Source: Eledone cirrhosa (Eukaryota). From it: a DNA stretch of 64,000 nucleotides. Made by a program: the position numbers and the translations under genes. This document shows, one piece after another, positions 12,318 to 26,481 of this stretch. Each line of letters starts with the position of its first letter. Within the stretch, counting starts at the first letter, position 1. The stretch spans positions 315,146,001-315,210,000 of the forward strand of contig OZ024743.1 of assembly GCA_964016885.1 (NCBI GenBank), written 5' to 3'. A model generated the notes under the pieces. That model was not told where the DNA came from, did not search any database, and worked only from the letters and a program-made list of their open reading frames with translations.

Positions 12318-14835
12318 TAATATTTGTTTAAGGCAACGCTTGTAATATCTCTAGTTAAACATGATATATATTAATAATAAATTATCGTTATTTTATAAAT
12401 GATCTTATAAATATTATTGTAAGACGTATAAAAGTATTTTCAGACTTTTAATATAAACAACTACAAAAAACAATCAATATTAAATAAATATAATTTTACA
12501 TAAAAATTGTTATAGTTGAATTAATAAAAATTAAATATTACATAATAATAAAAAAAATAATCTAACATAATAATAATAAAATAATCTAACATAAAACGAA
12601 CAATAATATGGACATATTTACAAGTAAATATGATACAACCAATATACTAAGCATGTTATAACGAACTGAAAAAAAATAGTTAATATAAATTTAAAAAATC
12701 ATATATAAATTAACAATAACTTACCAAAACGAGAAAAATATTTTGATAAAACGACAAAATACAGGAGAAAAATTCGAAAGCGAAACGATAAATAAACGTA
12801 CAAACAAAACGCTTTTGAGCAACAATTACTCTCATTGGTTGATTAGCCAATAAGACGATGAAATTAGCCAATAAGACGATACATTACAAAATATGTTTGG
12901 AAGGAATCGCCACGGCCAGCGATACTCCTTGAATCTTTTATCCACAAGCTACGCATATATTGTCAGACAACACAGAGACTTACAACATTCTGTTGTTAGT
13001 CACTGCGTGTCTAACAGATGGCTATTAATTTCCTATCGTCTATGACTAGCTTTGGCGCTCCTTCATCATTCCTTGAAAATATGTTAAGTTTACCCACAAC
13101 ATGGGATGTTATGATGGGACAGACATACACGAACATGTTAAGATTAAACCTCATCTGCTAACAGACCACGACATTCACGCACCATATGACTTTAACTTTA
13201 TCATTATTATTAGTAATTTGTTTAGTTGGTCAAATTCTGGGACCGCCTCAACATGTATTTCATCTCTTTTGTGCTTCCTCTTCCTTTCAGACTTAATATG
13301 TTATTCCATCTTGTCTTTACCTCATACGTCGAATCGACAGGAGAGTCCATCATAACTCCCGTCTCCTAAATTCCATTCATGAGATATTTGTCAACCCGAA
13401 TCTATGAATGAGGCAATGTCGAGCGTTTGGTACGCCGAGATCAGTCATGGAACGATCTACTAAATAAAATAACCTTCTTAACCACACACACCTATAATTT
13501 CATCGGAAACTTACGGCAGCACTGTTGAATAAATTGTTCCTATTGTCCCATTGTCCTATACATTGTATAATGTTGATTTATGCTGTTAATTGTATTAAAA
13601 GTCTAAAGAATGACTCGAGCCTGAAGGTTTATCAGGCTAGTGCTTATCCCTGTTTCCATGGCGGGAAGCCAATACAAAGACCCTGTTAGACAGGGCACGC
13701 GTCCACCGTGAAGTTAAACTCTCAGCTATTTCAAGTACACATTTCAAGTAAGTGTAACATCGTGAATTGAATTGTTATGCTCGAGAAAACAGCACACAAT
13801 CCACTCAAGGAATCGAACCCATGAGATGTTGATCATATGTCCAACGCACTTACCTCTAGGTCATGCGCCTCAACTTAATTATATTATGAGTATATGTATC
13901 TGTGGACTACTCAATCATTTGGATTATAATACATGAGGGTTGTAGGTGTTATTCAAATACCCAGCCTTGTCAAACACTAACTTTGAATCTCCGTCGGTAG
14001 TAACTAAGTTAGGGATATTCTTATCTGTGAAATATTCAGCCACTTACGCTATGGTATTACATGGACTGGGCACGTAATTCTAAAAGCATCATTGCAACAC
14101 AATGTCATGCTCACTCTCCCTGTATTAAGGCTATACGAATCTCTGGAATGTTCAGCCACTTGCACAATAAATTGTATGAGCAAGCTATTATTCTTGGGAA
14201 TCGAACGACTTGTACACTCATTGTTGAATACGACTGCGATACATTCCATTCCATAGCTGCATCGTTTTGCTGAAGTGATGCAAGGCTGTGTGAGTTCATT
14301 TTTTATTTGTTCGGTAAAATATCCCATAGACATGTAAGTGTCCATTTCATGAGAAATCAGTCAATTATAAGTGATAAGTAATCGATATACCATCTCATTG
14401 ACCTAAATATTTTGTCCAATTGATCATGTTCTACCCATTAAATAGATTTTTACGGTCTATTTTTTTTTATTTAACGTTTAAATGTTGTCTTGATATTTTT
14501 CTTCTCATATCTATAATGATTGCAACTAGACAAGAATGTAATCCCATCAACCTCGTTATCAATCTATCTGTGCAACTAGACGAGGATGCAGCCCCATCAC
14601 ATCGTTATCAATCTATCTATATAGCAATTCACCTAAAGGAAAAAAAATATACTCATTATTGCTATTTTGACGAATATACTCCCTCTGTCAGACTATCTCT
14701 GTCAGTCACATACACACACACGCGCGCGCGCGCATACATATATATGTACATATATATACATATATACATATATATACATATATATATATACATATATATA
14801 TATACATATATATATATACATATATATATATATAC

Positions 14836-14911
<76 letters not shown>

Positions 14912-15279
14912 TTAAATATATATATATAAACACACACACACAGACACATACATACACACACATATATATATATATATATATATTGTGTTTTAGGATTTTA
15001 GGTTGCTAGAAGAGTCACTGAAGTAATTAGATGTACGTGCGCCCACAGAAGATCCTCACGTTTTGAGTTCTTACTCTTCCCTTGGTATGTGTTTAGTTGT
15101 GTTTGAGTGTGTAAATGTAAGGTTGTGTGTAATATTATTACTGTGTCTGTGTCTAGCAAAATATTAATCAATCCACATATACATGTTATATAAGTAGTAA
15201 CATACGTTACACATTAAGCACGGTATACGTGACCGGAATTCAGAATCATGATATTTACAATATATATATATATATATAT

Positions 15280-15487
15280 ATTATTTTTGCGAGGTTTTTT
15301 ATATGAAATCGTGTGTCGAAACAAATATTGTTATACTTGGGGAGGGTCATATTTGTGTAATATTGCCAGAATTAATAACAGAACACACTCACTGTTTGGT
15401 TGGTTTTCGCTTCTCGCTTCTGTGTCTTTTATATCGGTAATCTAACTTACTCGGTCCTCAAATATGACCCTCCTCAAGTATAACAAC
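15280..15487 (-). mobile_element. Second, shorter copy of the 3408-4117 family with ~28-bp inverted arm
   Basis: ttgttatacttggggagggtcatatttg (15328-15355) / caaatatgaccctcctcaagtataacaa (15459-15486). Confidence 0.7.
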
Positions 15488-15504
15488 ATATATATATATA
15501 TATA

Positions 15505-15784
15505 CAGTGTCACATTTAATGAGTACACTAACTGAACGAACATCCAGGATATACCATGGTAAGATCTAATTCTGGTTGTATATATCCAATCACATACTGT
15601 GACGTAATGGGTATCACATTCATGTTAGATCATTATATATATATATATATATATAATCTATTTTAATGATCCAACATGAATGCTACACCCATCATGTGAT
15701 TGAATATATACAACCAGAATTAGATCTTACCATGGTATATGCTGGACGTTCGTTCAGTTACTGCACTGACTAACTGTGACACTG
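15505..15784. mobile_element. Tc1/mariner-type MITE
   Basis: TA|CAGTGTCAC ... GTGACACTG|TA termini with ~125-bp inverted arms. Confidence 0.65.
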
Positions 15785-15829
15785 TATTTGACAATACAAG
15801 CACATAAGACATATTCATTGTATCTAGTT

Positions 15830-16660
15830 TAGTGCACTGAATAAACGGAAAAAAGTATATTGCTCCAGGACCCAAAGTCATTGAAAATAAGGACTATCAA
15901 CGAGTGTTGAAAGGTAGATATCCTGGGGCACCGTAGACAAGCCTTATCGTTAACTCTGCTTCTGAGAGAAAATATACAGCTATCAACATCTGCGATTTTC
16001 TTTGTCCACACGCATTAATCTATGCAGTAGCTAATGTTCTTATTCAGCATGTTCTGCCCATTTGTTTAACAATCAGCTTGAAGGTGACATGCCTCCAAAA
16101 AATCCATAAGAACAACTAAACGTAAGAGTGTATGATCAGAAACTCCAGGTGTTGGACAGGTTTGTGTATCCTAGCAGTACCTTAAATCTATAGTGCCCCC
16201 TTGATAATAATATATCATCAAGAATCAGCAAAGCTTGTGATGCCTTAGGAAAGTTGGAAAAACCAGTATGAACTCAACGCGGTATCTCTATGGATATTGA
16301 CGGTAAGATATATGTATTTTCATCTCTACTGTACGTTTGTGAGCATCTAAAAGACCGTCTAATTTAGGCTTTACACTGGAGGATGTATATAAGTGGTGTT
16401 GAGGTCCTTAAAGAAGCCACTGTCAGAGAATCAAATCAATTATCTTCCAACACTGTCACCGATGACTGGGACATGTGGTGAGAATGGGGACCTCTAAGTT
16501 AACTAAGCAATTCACTTATGGTGCGCTGAGGGATGGCACACATAAGATAAATTACTCGGGGTGTGTGAAAATATCTTTAATGAAAGCTGGTATCTCCGAT
16601 GGAGACTAGGGATGAGCTGCTCCTGGTCGAATTCAGTATAGTGAAGCTTTATACAGAAGC
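15830..16660 (+). pseudogene. Highly degraded RTE (BovB-like) LINE RT fragment
   Basis: Residual QVLDRFVYPSSTL..//DNNISSRISKACDALGKLEK and tgactgggacatgtggtgagaatg (WxGHVVRM) motifs. Confidence 0.6.
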
Positions 16661-16781
16661 ACAGTTTGTATGCTTCTCTGACATCTTTAATATTTTATCT
16701 ATATCAACCTTATGTGGCTAATAATAAAAAATGCCATTATTATTGTTGGCCATGTGCTTAAATCAGAAACCATAATTATTA

Positions 16782-17250
16782 TTGGCTGTATCAGTAGAGT
16801 GTCGGGTACACCTCTTCGTGACACAGAGTTACGGCCCTTTACGTACTGAGTTCAAATCCCGCCAAGGTCAGCTTTGCCTTTCATTCTTACGGGGTGGATA
16901 AAATAAAGAACCAGTAATGCACTGGTGTCGATTTAATCGACTTTTCTATCCCCTTCAAAGTGCTAGCCTTGTGCTTAAAGTAGAAACAATCATTATTATT
17001 GTGGCAAATAAAAAGAAATAATTATTTTGGATTGACAACATCGTTAGAATGTCGGAAAACATTCCTCGTGGCATTCAATTTCAGTTCTTTAATTTCGGAG
17101 TTGAAATCCCGCCGCGGTCAACTTTGCCTTTCAATCTTCCGAGGTCGATAAAATAAAGTTACTGTGATGCACTGATGGGGATTTAGTCGACTTTCCTCTT
17201 TCCTTCAAATTACTAGCCTTGTGCCAAAAGTCGGAACAATTATAATTATT
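16782..17250 (+). mobile_element. Two diverged S1 SINE copies
   Basis: gagttcaaatcccgcc.aggtca.ctttgcctttca body and tagaaacaat tail. Confidence 0.8.
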
Positions 17251-17379
17251 ATTGATGTTGCACTTGAACAAAGTTCATATTCTTCCAGATTGATCTTTGC
17301 TTTGCCGATAAAATTATTAGCTGAGTCAATTGAGTAAAAGAAACCTCTCCTCCAAGCTTATAGCTTTCTGCCTAAATCA

Positions 17380-18290
17380 TAATCATCATCATTGATATCA
17401 TCCTCATCATCATCATCATCAATGTAGTTATTGTCATGGACGTTGTTATTATTAAGAACTTCCTATATCTATCATCACTATTTTCACAAAAGATATTTAG
17501 GTTGTAGTCGTTGATGTTGTTGTTGTTGCTATGCTTGTTAGAATTTCTAGTGTATTTATTAATGACGTCTTTCTTGTTGTTGTTGTATGTATTGATGTTG
17601 TTGCTGTCGTTGTTATATTTATTAATGTTGGGGATTGTCTCGGCATTGTTGTTCTCGTTGTTGTCATCTTTTTGTTGTTGTTGCTGTTGTTGTTGTTATT
17701 GCTGCTTTCTAATGGTAATAATATCCATGTTGTTGTTGCTGCCGTAGTTGTTGGTGTTGCGGTTGTTTTTGTTGTTGTTGTTGTTACATTTAATAGTGTG
17801 TGATGATGTTTTTGTTTATTGATAATGTTGTTGGTATATTTTATGAAATTGTGTTGTTGTTCCTGTTGTTGTATTTTCTGGTGGCTGCTTTTTGTTATTG
17901 TCAATATATTTGCTCAAATCCGTTCTTCGAACGAAACTCTAAGACATGTTAATCGATACACTAATATCTGCTCCAGTTTTATTCCTTTTTATTTTTGTTA
18001 AAGCGAAATAGAAACTATATCTATATTTGTCGAGTTATTTATGTGGATCCTCTCACCTGATCATCATCATCATTCTCATTGCTTTAATCCTCATAATCAT
18101 TATCATCTATCTTATCATAAATAGAATCTTCATCATCATTGTCGTAATAATCAACATTATCAATATCATCCTAATAATTAATCTCATCCTGCTTATGCTG
18201 CTTCCCCTCCTCCTCCTCGTTCGCATCATCATCATTAGCATCATTATTGAAATCACCATCATCATCATCATCATCATCATCTATTAATGT
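17380..18290. repeat. Degenerate (GTT)n/(ATC)n trinucleotide low-complexity region
   Basis: Direct reading; explains the poly-V/L/T/I ORFs. Confidence 0.85.
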
Positions 18291-18458
18291 TTTCAATATT
18301 TAAATAATATTGATACCGTTAGTAAAGTTATTTTGTTGTAATTAATATTATTACATTTACCCAAGTAATTTAGTTTTGTTATCGCTAAAGTAACAATATG
18401 TATCTTGCTATTGTTGTAATAATAATAATAATTATAATAATGATAATAATAATAATAA

Positions 18459-18792
18459 TGCCCATTCGACACGAGAGTGCAAATGAAGGAGAGGGAGAAA
18501 ATTAACCGATACCAGGACTTAAAGTGGGAGGTAAAAAGGATTTGGAACTGCCATGAAGTCAAAGTGATCCCGATTGTCATAGGCGCACTAGGGACTATCT
18601 CAAAACGTTTCCAGGGATGGTTAAAGAAATTTGGCCCCTTCACGATTTTTGGAACGCTTCAAAAGGCATGCTTGCTAGGAACAGCAAGAACCCTCCGATA
18701 CGTCCTGACTATCTGAGGCTGCAGATAGTAGCTTGATATTCATCTCAACAAACTTTCCAGTTAACTAACATCAATGACTGAGACTCAAAGAG
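18459..18792 (+). pseudogene. 5'-truncated R4/Dong-clade LINE (RLE C-terminus plus 3'UTR) inside (TAA)n
   Basis: CPFDTRV..KEREKINRYQDLKWEVKRIW..VIPIVIGALGTI...LQKACLLGTARTLRYVL; (TAA)n on both sides. Confidence 0.85.
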
Positions 18793-18799
18793 TAATAAC

Positions 18800-18834
<35 letters not shown>

Positions 18835-19084
18835 TTTCTTTATTAACCACAAGGGTTTACATAAAGTAGACATTAAGGACAGTGCAGGACAATACAGGAC
18901 GGTACAAATGGGCATTTCTGCGTGTAAAAAACAAAAACAGAGGATGTAACAAAAAAAATAACAATGAAAAATTCCCCAATAGGGGGGAGACTTCGGAGGG
19001 ACATTTGTGGAGAAAGCCCAGTAAAAGGCCACAGTGACCCTGACCACCAAGGCAAGTACCCTCTCCCAGTTTTCCACCTTTAAT

Positions 19085-22000
19085 TTACAGATACGTACTC
19101 AGAGTAGGCCCATTCACTCGGGGCATTCTTGCTTCTCTCACCCATCTTTCAACAAAATGCTGGGAAGAGAGCACTTCCCTCTGTACTCTGATTTTCCTTT
19201 TCAAATGAAATTTGAAAAAGTCAATCAGGGCATCACCGAAGAGGTAAGTGCTCGTCTTCAGCCCTTTCAAACGTGTCCACCATACTATCTCTTTCGCCAT
19301 GACCACCAGACAGATAAAAACTGCCTGCCCTTCCCGGCTAAAGTAAGAGGGCGGGGCAATCCTCACGATGGACTCAGATGATAGCCGGATCCGTCCTACA
19401 CGCGACAGCAGGTGTTCGACATAAACCCACAAGTCAGCAATTTTCGGACACTGGACGAGTGCGTGCAGGACGGTTTCCTCGCCCTGTGCGCATCTCGGAC
19501 ATGCCCGGCTGACGGCACCTCCATGCCTGTAGAGTTTATCCCGAACTGGCAAGGCTCCTCGGTAGCACTGGACCCAGGACTGCAGCTCCGTCAAGGAGAC
19601 GAGCTGGGGAAAGACGTGTCTAGCAAACGGCGACCGCACCTGATCACCGTCGAGGAAGAGGTGGAGAAGTCGTAGCCTGAGCTCGTGTCTGCGCATCATG
19701 AGCCACGGCATGCCCAGCCCTCCGCGTAGAGGGGTTTTGACAGCAGATGGACCGCCTGACCATCGGAGCGTGTCCCTTCCAAAAAAAGCGAAAGAGCAAA
19801 CGCTCCAGCGCATTCAGGCGGGGCTTAGGACAAGGTACGACGGTCAGGCGGTAGTAGATGACGGACGCGATATACGCGTTAGCCACCTCCGCTCGACCTT
19901 TCAGGGATAGCTTCCACTCCGCCCATTTCTGGGTGAGAGAAGCCACCTCGTCCCAGTTTTTGTCAGTCTGGAGGTCCGGACCGAACCAGACCCTTAGCAA
20001 TTTATCCGGTCCGTCCGTCCAGCGCCCGACGACGCTGTTGGACGGCATGGACCTGCCTCTCCAGGTGCCGAGTTGCAGGCCCACTGACTTTTCCTGGTTG
20101 ATCATTGCTCCTGTCACCGCTTCGTATTCTCTTAGTGTAGTGCCGATCGCCTCGACGGTTTGGCGTTCGACACCACTACGGTGACATCGTTCGAATATGC
20201 TGACACGGATCTTCCGCATCCTAGTTCGCGCGGGACCCCCTCAACGTCTCCAGTTTGTGCATTAATGGCTCGAGAGTCCATACGTACAAGAGGGACGAGA
20301 GGGGACATCCTTGGCGGACCGAGCGCATGATGTTGAACGGTTCCGAAAGGTGACAGTTCACTCTCACCATAGAGCAGATGTCGCTGTGCATGGCAGCAAT
20401 CCAGCCTCTAAAGACAGGCCCAAAGCCAGCCGCCCTCAGGGCTGCCGCTAGGTAACGATGGTCGACCTAATCGAAAGCTTTCGACTGATCTAAATTGATC
20501 AAGGACCCACCCGTGCCAGGTTCCCTAGCTATCCTCTCTACGATGTATCGCATGAGGTGGAGGTTGTCGTGGATGGATCTGTCGGGAATGGCGCACGTCT
20601 GCGCCTCTCCCACCAGACCACCAACGACAAGCGCAAACCTCTTTGCTAGCACCTTGGCCAAAATCTCCAACTCTGTGTTTAGCAGATTTATGGGCCTGAA
20701 ATTATCTATGTTATCCCCCTTGTTCGGATCCTTTCTGAGCAGCGCCACAGCTCCTGGGCTCACAGAGCTGGGAATTCTCCCGTTCTGTTGCCAATTGCAG
20801 TAGACGTCCGCCAAGAGGCCTCCGAACAAGTCTGGCATCTGTACGTAAAGTTCATAGGGCAGACCATCCAAACCAGGCGATTTAGCCCTTGTGCAGCCAA
20901 TCATTGCCTCCCGTACTTCAGCGGCTGTTATCGGCTTTTCGCAACACTCCGCCTCAGTGGCCGAGAGCCGCGGCAGTCCGTCGAGGTAGACACTAAAGTC
21001 CATCCCTCTATCCGCCCCGCCGCTTCCCCCGAAATGCTGGGCGAAGTGTCGCTGAAAGGCTTCACACATTTGCCCGGGATCGAGTAGCATTGAGCGGCTT
21101 TCGTCCCCTCGTGTCTGAGTGCACGCACCCTAGCTCTGACAACGCAGCCTTCGTTCTTTCCATTGAAGAATTGGCCAAGGGACAATTTCGCCGCAAGTAC
21201 GTCGGTCGCGATGCTTTTGCTAAGCGCCTCGTCTAATTTTCTAACTAATTCTCCCTCTGCTCTATTTTTCTCTATCGCTAAAGCCTTACTAAAACTAATG
21301 GACTCTATTCTAATTGCTGTTTTCAGAGCAAACCACCACTTGTTGTTGACGATGGCCCCCGTCAACGCCCGCTTAACTAGTTCGCTAATCCGGTCTCTGT
21401 AGGCCTTGCGCGCTGGTAAGGACGATATAGATTCCAGTAGCCAGGTCCTCGTCTATGAAGCCTATCTAAGTCAAGCACACAGATCACGAATTTGTGGTCC
21501 GTGTAGCTGACTATCTTGAATTGTGGACAGCCTATGCTAGACCTATCTATTTCCCTACAAAATACTCTATCTAGATATGATCTGGATGACCCTATGCGAT
21601 TTGTTCAAGTCCACATTGGCACATTCGGGAAATCCAATCGCTACCTGTCAGACAGTTCAAAACGCCTAAGCAGGTTAGTGAGACTCTTACAACCTCTTCC
21701 CCTATCCACTAATCCAACACAGTCCCAGCGCCCACTAACACTAAAGAGTGGGACGTTCCAAGAAAGGTCTCCAGACGCCGGAAGAAATCAGGCCGCCCTG
21801 CTCCTGTCCGGGCATAGACGGCCACTAACCTGAAAGCTTGCCCGTCTCCGCTGGTCACGTCCAGGACCACCAACTTACCTTCTGAGTCCAGGAAGATGGC
21901 CCGTATGGCAAGATCCAAACCTCTCCGAAAAAGCACAGCAACTCCTCCCTCCCGATCCCGGACGGCTGGGAGATGCGTACACATCGTAGCCGCCGAAGAT

Positions 22001-22150
22001 CGGTGCAAAGACCCGTGCTTCGGAGATTCTGGTCTCGCTGATGGCCACTACATATATGTTTAGTGACCTGAGGTCGTTGAGCAGGTGGCCCTGCTTCCAT
22101 GACGACCCCAAGCCACGCGCATTTATGCTGCCTATTCTGAGTGAGGTCAT
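19085..22150 (-). pseudogene. Tx1 ORF2 (APE endonuclease, RT, CCHC), frameshifted, with internal deletion
   Basis: MTSLRIGSINARGL, KSPGLDGLPYELY, NFRPINLLNT, INLDQSKAFD and CPRC..EETVLHALVQC spread over several frames. Confidence 0.92.
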
Positions 22151-22184
22151 GTTGAAAAGGAGTGGAAAAGATGGGAAAGACCAC

Positions 22185-24141
22185 TTACCTTACTTCTCGT
22201 AGGGGAAGGACGGTTTTTCCATCCTTTTCACTGCTTGTGGCCTCCTCAGGAAGGATGTCCTTATAAATCCTCCTGGAGAGTGCTTGTTGGAAGTTTCCGA
22301 TGTCTTTGGGGAATTTTTGTTTTAGTGTCATGTACGTTTTCTGTGTGATGCGAGTGATTTGTATGTGTGGAGGTGGTGTTAATTTTTGGGTTGTTGTGTA
22401 GTCTTTTTCTGTGATGCTGGTGTTGTGTTGGATGTAGTGTAATAATTGCTTGTTGTTCAAATTTAATGCTGTGTAGTGCGTATCGTTTTGGTTGTTTTGT
22501 TTTGTTTGCGTCTGATGTGGGTTTGTTTCTGGTTCGCATTTTGGTGACTTTTGTGGTGTAGGTGATGGTGGTGTTGGGGTTAATGATGGTGATGGTGTTG
22601 GTGTTTGGGTTGATGGGGTTGGTGATGCTTGTGTGGATGGTGGCATATCTGTCCTAACTTTTTTGTTTGTTGGTTTATTTGTTTCCCTCTGTATTTTGTT
22701 TTTGGAGGGGGAAGGAAGAGAATTTTTTTCTTTTTTGGTTTCTTTTTTTTTTCCTGATACCGTTTCCCACTCCTCGTCGTCACAATCTGTCTCCAGTTGT
22801 GATAGGCCAGGGAGTGGAAAATCCTCCACAGGCGTTAGTTTTGGTTGTGGCCTGGTGGATGGTGTAGGCGCTGGTGCTAGTTCTGGCGCGTTGGGTGCTG
22901 GTGGTGTTGGTTTTGCTACCGTTGCTGGGGTTGTTGCTGTTACAGTTGCTTCTGTTGTTGCTGCTACAGTTGTTGCTGCCATCTCTGCTGCTGGTCGTGT
23001 TGATGGTTGAGTCACTCGGGTGGGTAGGAGAGGTGGCCTCAACCTTTTAGCCTGAGGGCAGAAAGCCCTTAGGTGGGTTCCTTCACCACAAACGACAAAA
23101 CTAGGCCTTCTGCCCTCGACAATTACGGTGAGGTGGCTGCCGTCACTGAGGTCTATTACCTCTGGGATCTCCTCAATGCTTTTTTGGTCCGCCTGGATCA
23201 GGAGCTCCATCCCAGATCCGTACCAGTTCCCCTGCTTTTCTTTCGCTATTTCGATTATCTTGGTGTTGGCCTCGATTATCGAGGACGGCAGCCATTAGCC
23301 AGGGAATTTGGATGGCCGGTGGAACGTGGGTGACCCTGATCTTTACGAGTCTCTAGCCACAATAGCTTGGGACGAGTGTGAAGTCGTCACTTCTTAATGG
23401 GGCCATGGAGTGTTCTCTAGCCTCCTGTGGTGTTTCAAAGAACACGTCCACGGTTCCATACTTCTGCCCACGTCTGATGTGGGTTTTTTTTTTTGCTCAC
23501 ACATGTCCCAAAGCTTTTTGAATTTGGGACTCGGATGCCCATCCACTCGGCGCGATTTTATATTAATTGTTCGATACGACACGGTGCATAGGCGCCGATG
23601 CTCCATTTTATTAGGTGTGTGTGTGGGGGCGGGGTGAGGCTAACCCTGTACCCATCTTTCTTTACCATTTTTTTGGCTTCTTCTAATTCCTCCTGAGTTA
23701 TCTGAAATGCTTCGCACTGTTTTGCTACTCTGGCAAAACTCAGGGTGGTTTTCTTAATGTCATTGTTGCTGTTGTTGTTATCGTTATTTTTGTTATTATT
23801 AATTTTAGTTTTAGCTGTGGTGGTGGTGGCGTCCGTGGTGTTCTGTGTGGAAGAGTTCATTTTGGTTGAATTAATTTCGATATCACGAGTTAATTTATTT
23901 TTTCTTTTGTTTTTGTTGTCGCGGTGGTGGTGGGTGTGGTGGTTGAGGCGGTGGTGGTGGTGGTGGCGGCTTTAACACCTGCAGTCATTGGTAATGGCGG
24001 GACATGAAAGTCTGCCTAAGACAAATTTAAAATATTGCTACTGCTTATATTTTTAGTGTTGGCAAACGTAGTAATATTTACAATGGTGGTGTCGGTGTGA
24101 GGTGTTAGTTTGTGAGAAAGGAGTGACTCTGAGTCAGCCAT
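22185..24141 (-). pseudogene. Tx1 ORF1 (disrupted) with degenerate zinc knuckle and Pro/Thr-rich region
   Basis: VIVEGRRPSFVVCGEGTHLRAFCP, WETVSGKKK; lies upstream of ORF2. Start codon tentative. Confidence 0.75.
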
Positions 24142-24308
24142 GATGTTTCAAAGAAAAATTTTTGTTTGATCATTATAAAAGTTTAAATTTTGGGCTCAAT
24201 GCCCCAATCTTTTTGGGTGTCCTTTGTGCACTTATATACAGTTAACAATAAAATTTTCCATGAATGGCAATTTTGAACAACTTAAAATAACAAACCTTTG
24301 CGGAGCTC

Positions 24309-24345
<37 letters not shown>

Positions 24346-24346
<1 letters not shown>

Positions 24347-25386
24347 TTTGTTTATTGGCGACAAGGGCTGACATCAAGAAAAAGATTACAGACGGCACAG
24401 GACAGTACAGAACGGTACGATGTGGGTTTTGTTTCATGTAAAGATTTTTATTATTTATATAAGAAAAGAAAAAGAAAAAGACATAGAAACATATATATAT
24501 ATAAAAAATAAAAATGAAAATTGAAACAATGAAAAATTCCCCAATAGGGCGGAAACCTCCGAGGGTTACTCGTGGCGAAAACCACACAAAAAACCACGAC
24601 CACCCTGACCACCAGGGCAAGCGCCCTCTCTCAACCTTTCCATTTCTCAAACTACAGGCGTATATTCAGAGCGGTCCCGTTCACTGGGACCATGGGAGCA
24701 CGTCCCTGCCACAAAAAGCGGAAGAGGCACTCCATTTTGGTGAGAGTTGGGCCGGGGCAAGGGACGACGGTGAGGCGGTAGCAGATGACGGATGCGATGT
24801 ACGTATTCGCCACCTCTGCCGGGCCTTTCAGGGACAGCTTCCTCTCGTCCCATTTCTGGGTGGGGGAGGCCACCTTGCTCGTCCCCTCGCTCCAGTTTTT
24901 TTCCATCTGGAGGGCCGGTCCGAACCAGACCCCGAGGAATTTAAACGGTCCGTCCGTCCAACGTCCCGCGACGCTGTCGGTTGGCATGGACTTGCCTCTC
25001 CAGGTGCCGAGCTGCAAGCCCACTGACTTTTCCTGGTTTATCTGTGCTCCTGTCACCGCTTCGGATTCCTTGAGAGTGGTGCCGAGCATCTGGCCGTGTC
25101 TGAGACTCGAAACCAGCAAGGTGACGTCGTCGGCGCAAGCCGACTCGGATTTCCCGCATCCTAGTTCGCGTGGGACGCCCCTCATCGCTCCCAGTTTGTG
25201 CAGTAATGGCTCGAGATCCAATACGTACAAGCGGGACGAGAGAGGAGAACCCTGGTGGACCGAGCGCATGATGCTGAACGGCTGCGACAAGTGACCGTTC
25301 ACCCTCACAACCGAGCAGATGTCGCTGTACATCGCAGCGATCCAACCCCTGAAAACGGGCTCGAAACCGGCTGCCTCGGGGACCGC
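24346..25386 (-). mobile_element. 5'-truncated, internally deleted Tx1 (copy B)
   Basis: RT motifs QGSPLS and ACADDV; joins ...GRAPM directly to C-terminal VNGTALNIRL; flanked by (AAT)n and (AAC)n. Confidence 0.9.
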
Positions 25387-26278
25387 TAATAACAACAACA
25401 ACAACAACAACAACAATCTTTATATCAACACCAAGCCATATATCTAAAGAATCGATAAAGCTACTTGTACTTTTATCGTGTGTGTTTTTCGCTATTTAAC
25501 AAGTATCAGATTTACAAGAGTCGAATAGTTATGGGTTACAATGAATAACTATCACATCGTGTACTAAAACAACTGGTCTGGCATTAGTTTATATGTCTTC
25601 TATGCGTCAGATAAACTGCATCGATATTTATTACAGTTTCAGTACACTTCGCACCGGGTGCTAATCCTCCCACCGTGTTCCGTCTGCCTGTTATCCTTTT
25701 GAGGTTGATAAATCAAGTACTACTGTAGAGGCGTCGGTTTCACGGCATTGGTTTTGCAGTTTTTAGAGGGTCAAATTAATTGTTTCATTATTTGTTCATA
25801 TATTTGATCCAAGTTTAACATTATCCTTCATCTTTTCGGAATAATAAGGCACCATCCCGTGGATGGTAGTGGATGAAAGGCTTTGCGATATCTGTTTCGA
25901 ATCTGTGGGTTCTGAGTTGAAATCCAATCTCTTGTCACTCGCAAGTTTTTGACGTTTATGCCAAGTGTGGCGATCGATATTTTGTGTAAGGAGTAGAATG
26001 ATCTGAGTATCTGTTCCTTCCTTTCCTTAATTTAGATATAATTTCTGATGTTGTAGTGCCTATGAGATAGCTTGGGGTATATAATTCCCGTTCATTATCA
26101 TCAAAGCTGCAGTCCCTACGATTTCAAAGTTGTCTTTTATCAGCCAGTAAGATGTGCTGTTAGCAACTATGACATTTCCCATTAGAACACATTCTTCGGT
26201 AACGTGGAAAACTGTCTGCTAACATAGCTCAACACAGAAATTGGATTAACATTTGGTAGACAAAGGATAACTCTCCCA

Positions 26279-26368
<90 letters not shown>

Positions 26369-26446
26369 ATATATATATATGTGTATATATATAGACAAAA
26401 TTAAATTAAGTGTGTCGTGTCTGAGAGACACGCGCCATAACCTCTG

Positions 26447-26480
<34 letters not shown>

Positions 26481-26481
<1 letters not shown>

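Larger units (their letters stand above)
18836..24308 (-). mobile_element. Apparently full-length (~5.5 kb) decayed Tx1-type LINE (copy A)
   Basis: 5'UTR, ORF1, ORF2 and 3'UTR ending ccttgtggttaataaagaaat; (AAT)n on both flanks. Confidence 0.9.

Noticed and set aside
14040-14345. Cys-rich, exon-like segment with splice-like signals on both strands and a faint PAN/apple-like pattern
   Set aside because: No frame stays open between the candidate splice sites, and no recognisable homology; needs BLASTX or RNA-seq.
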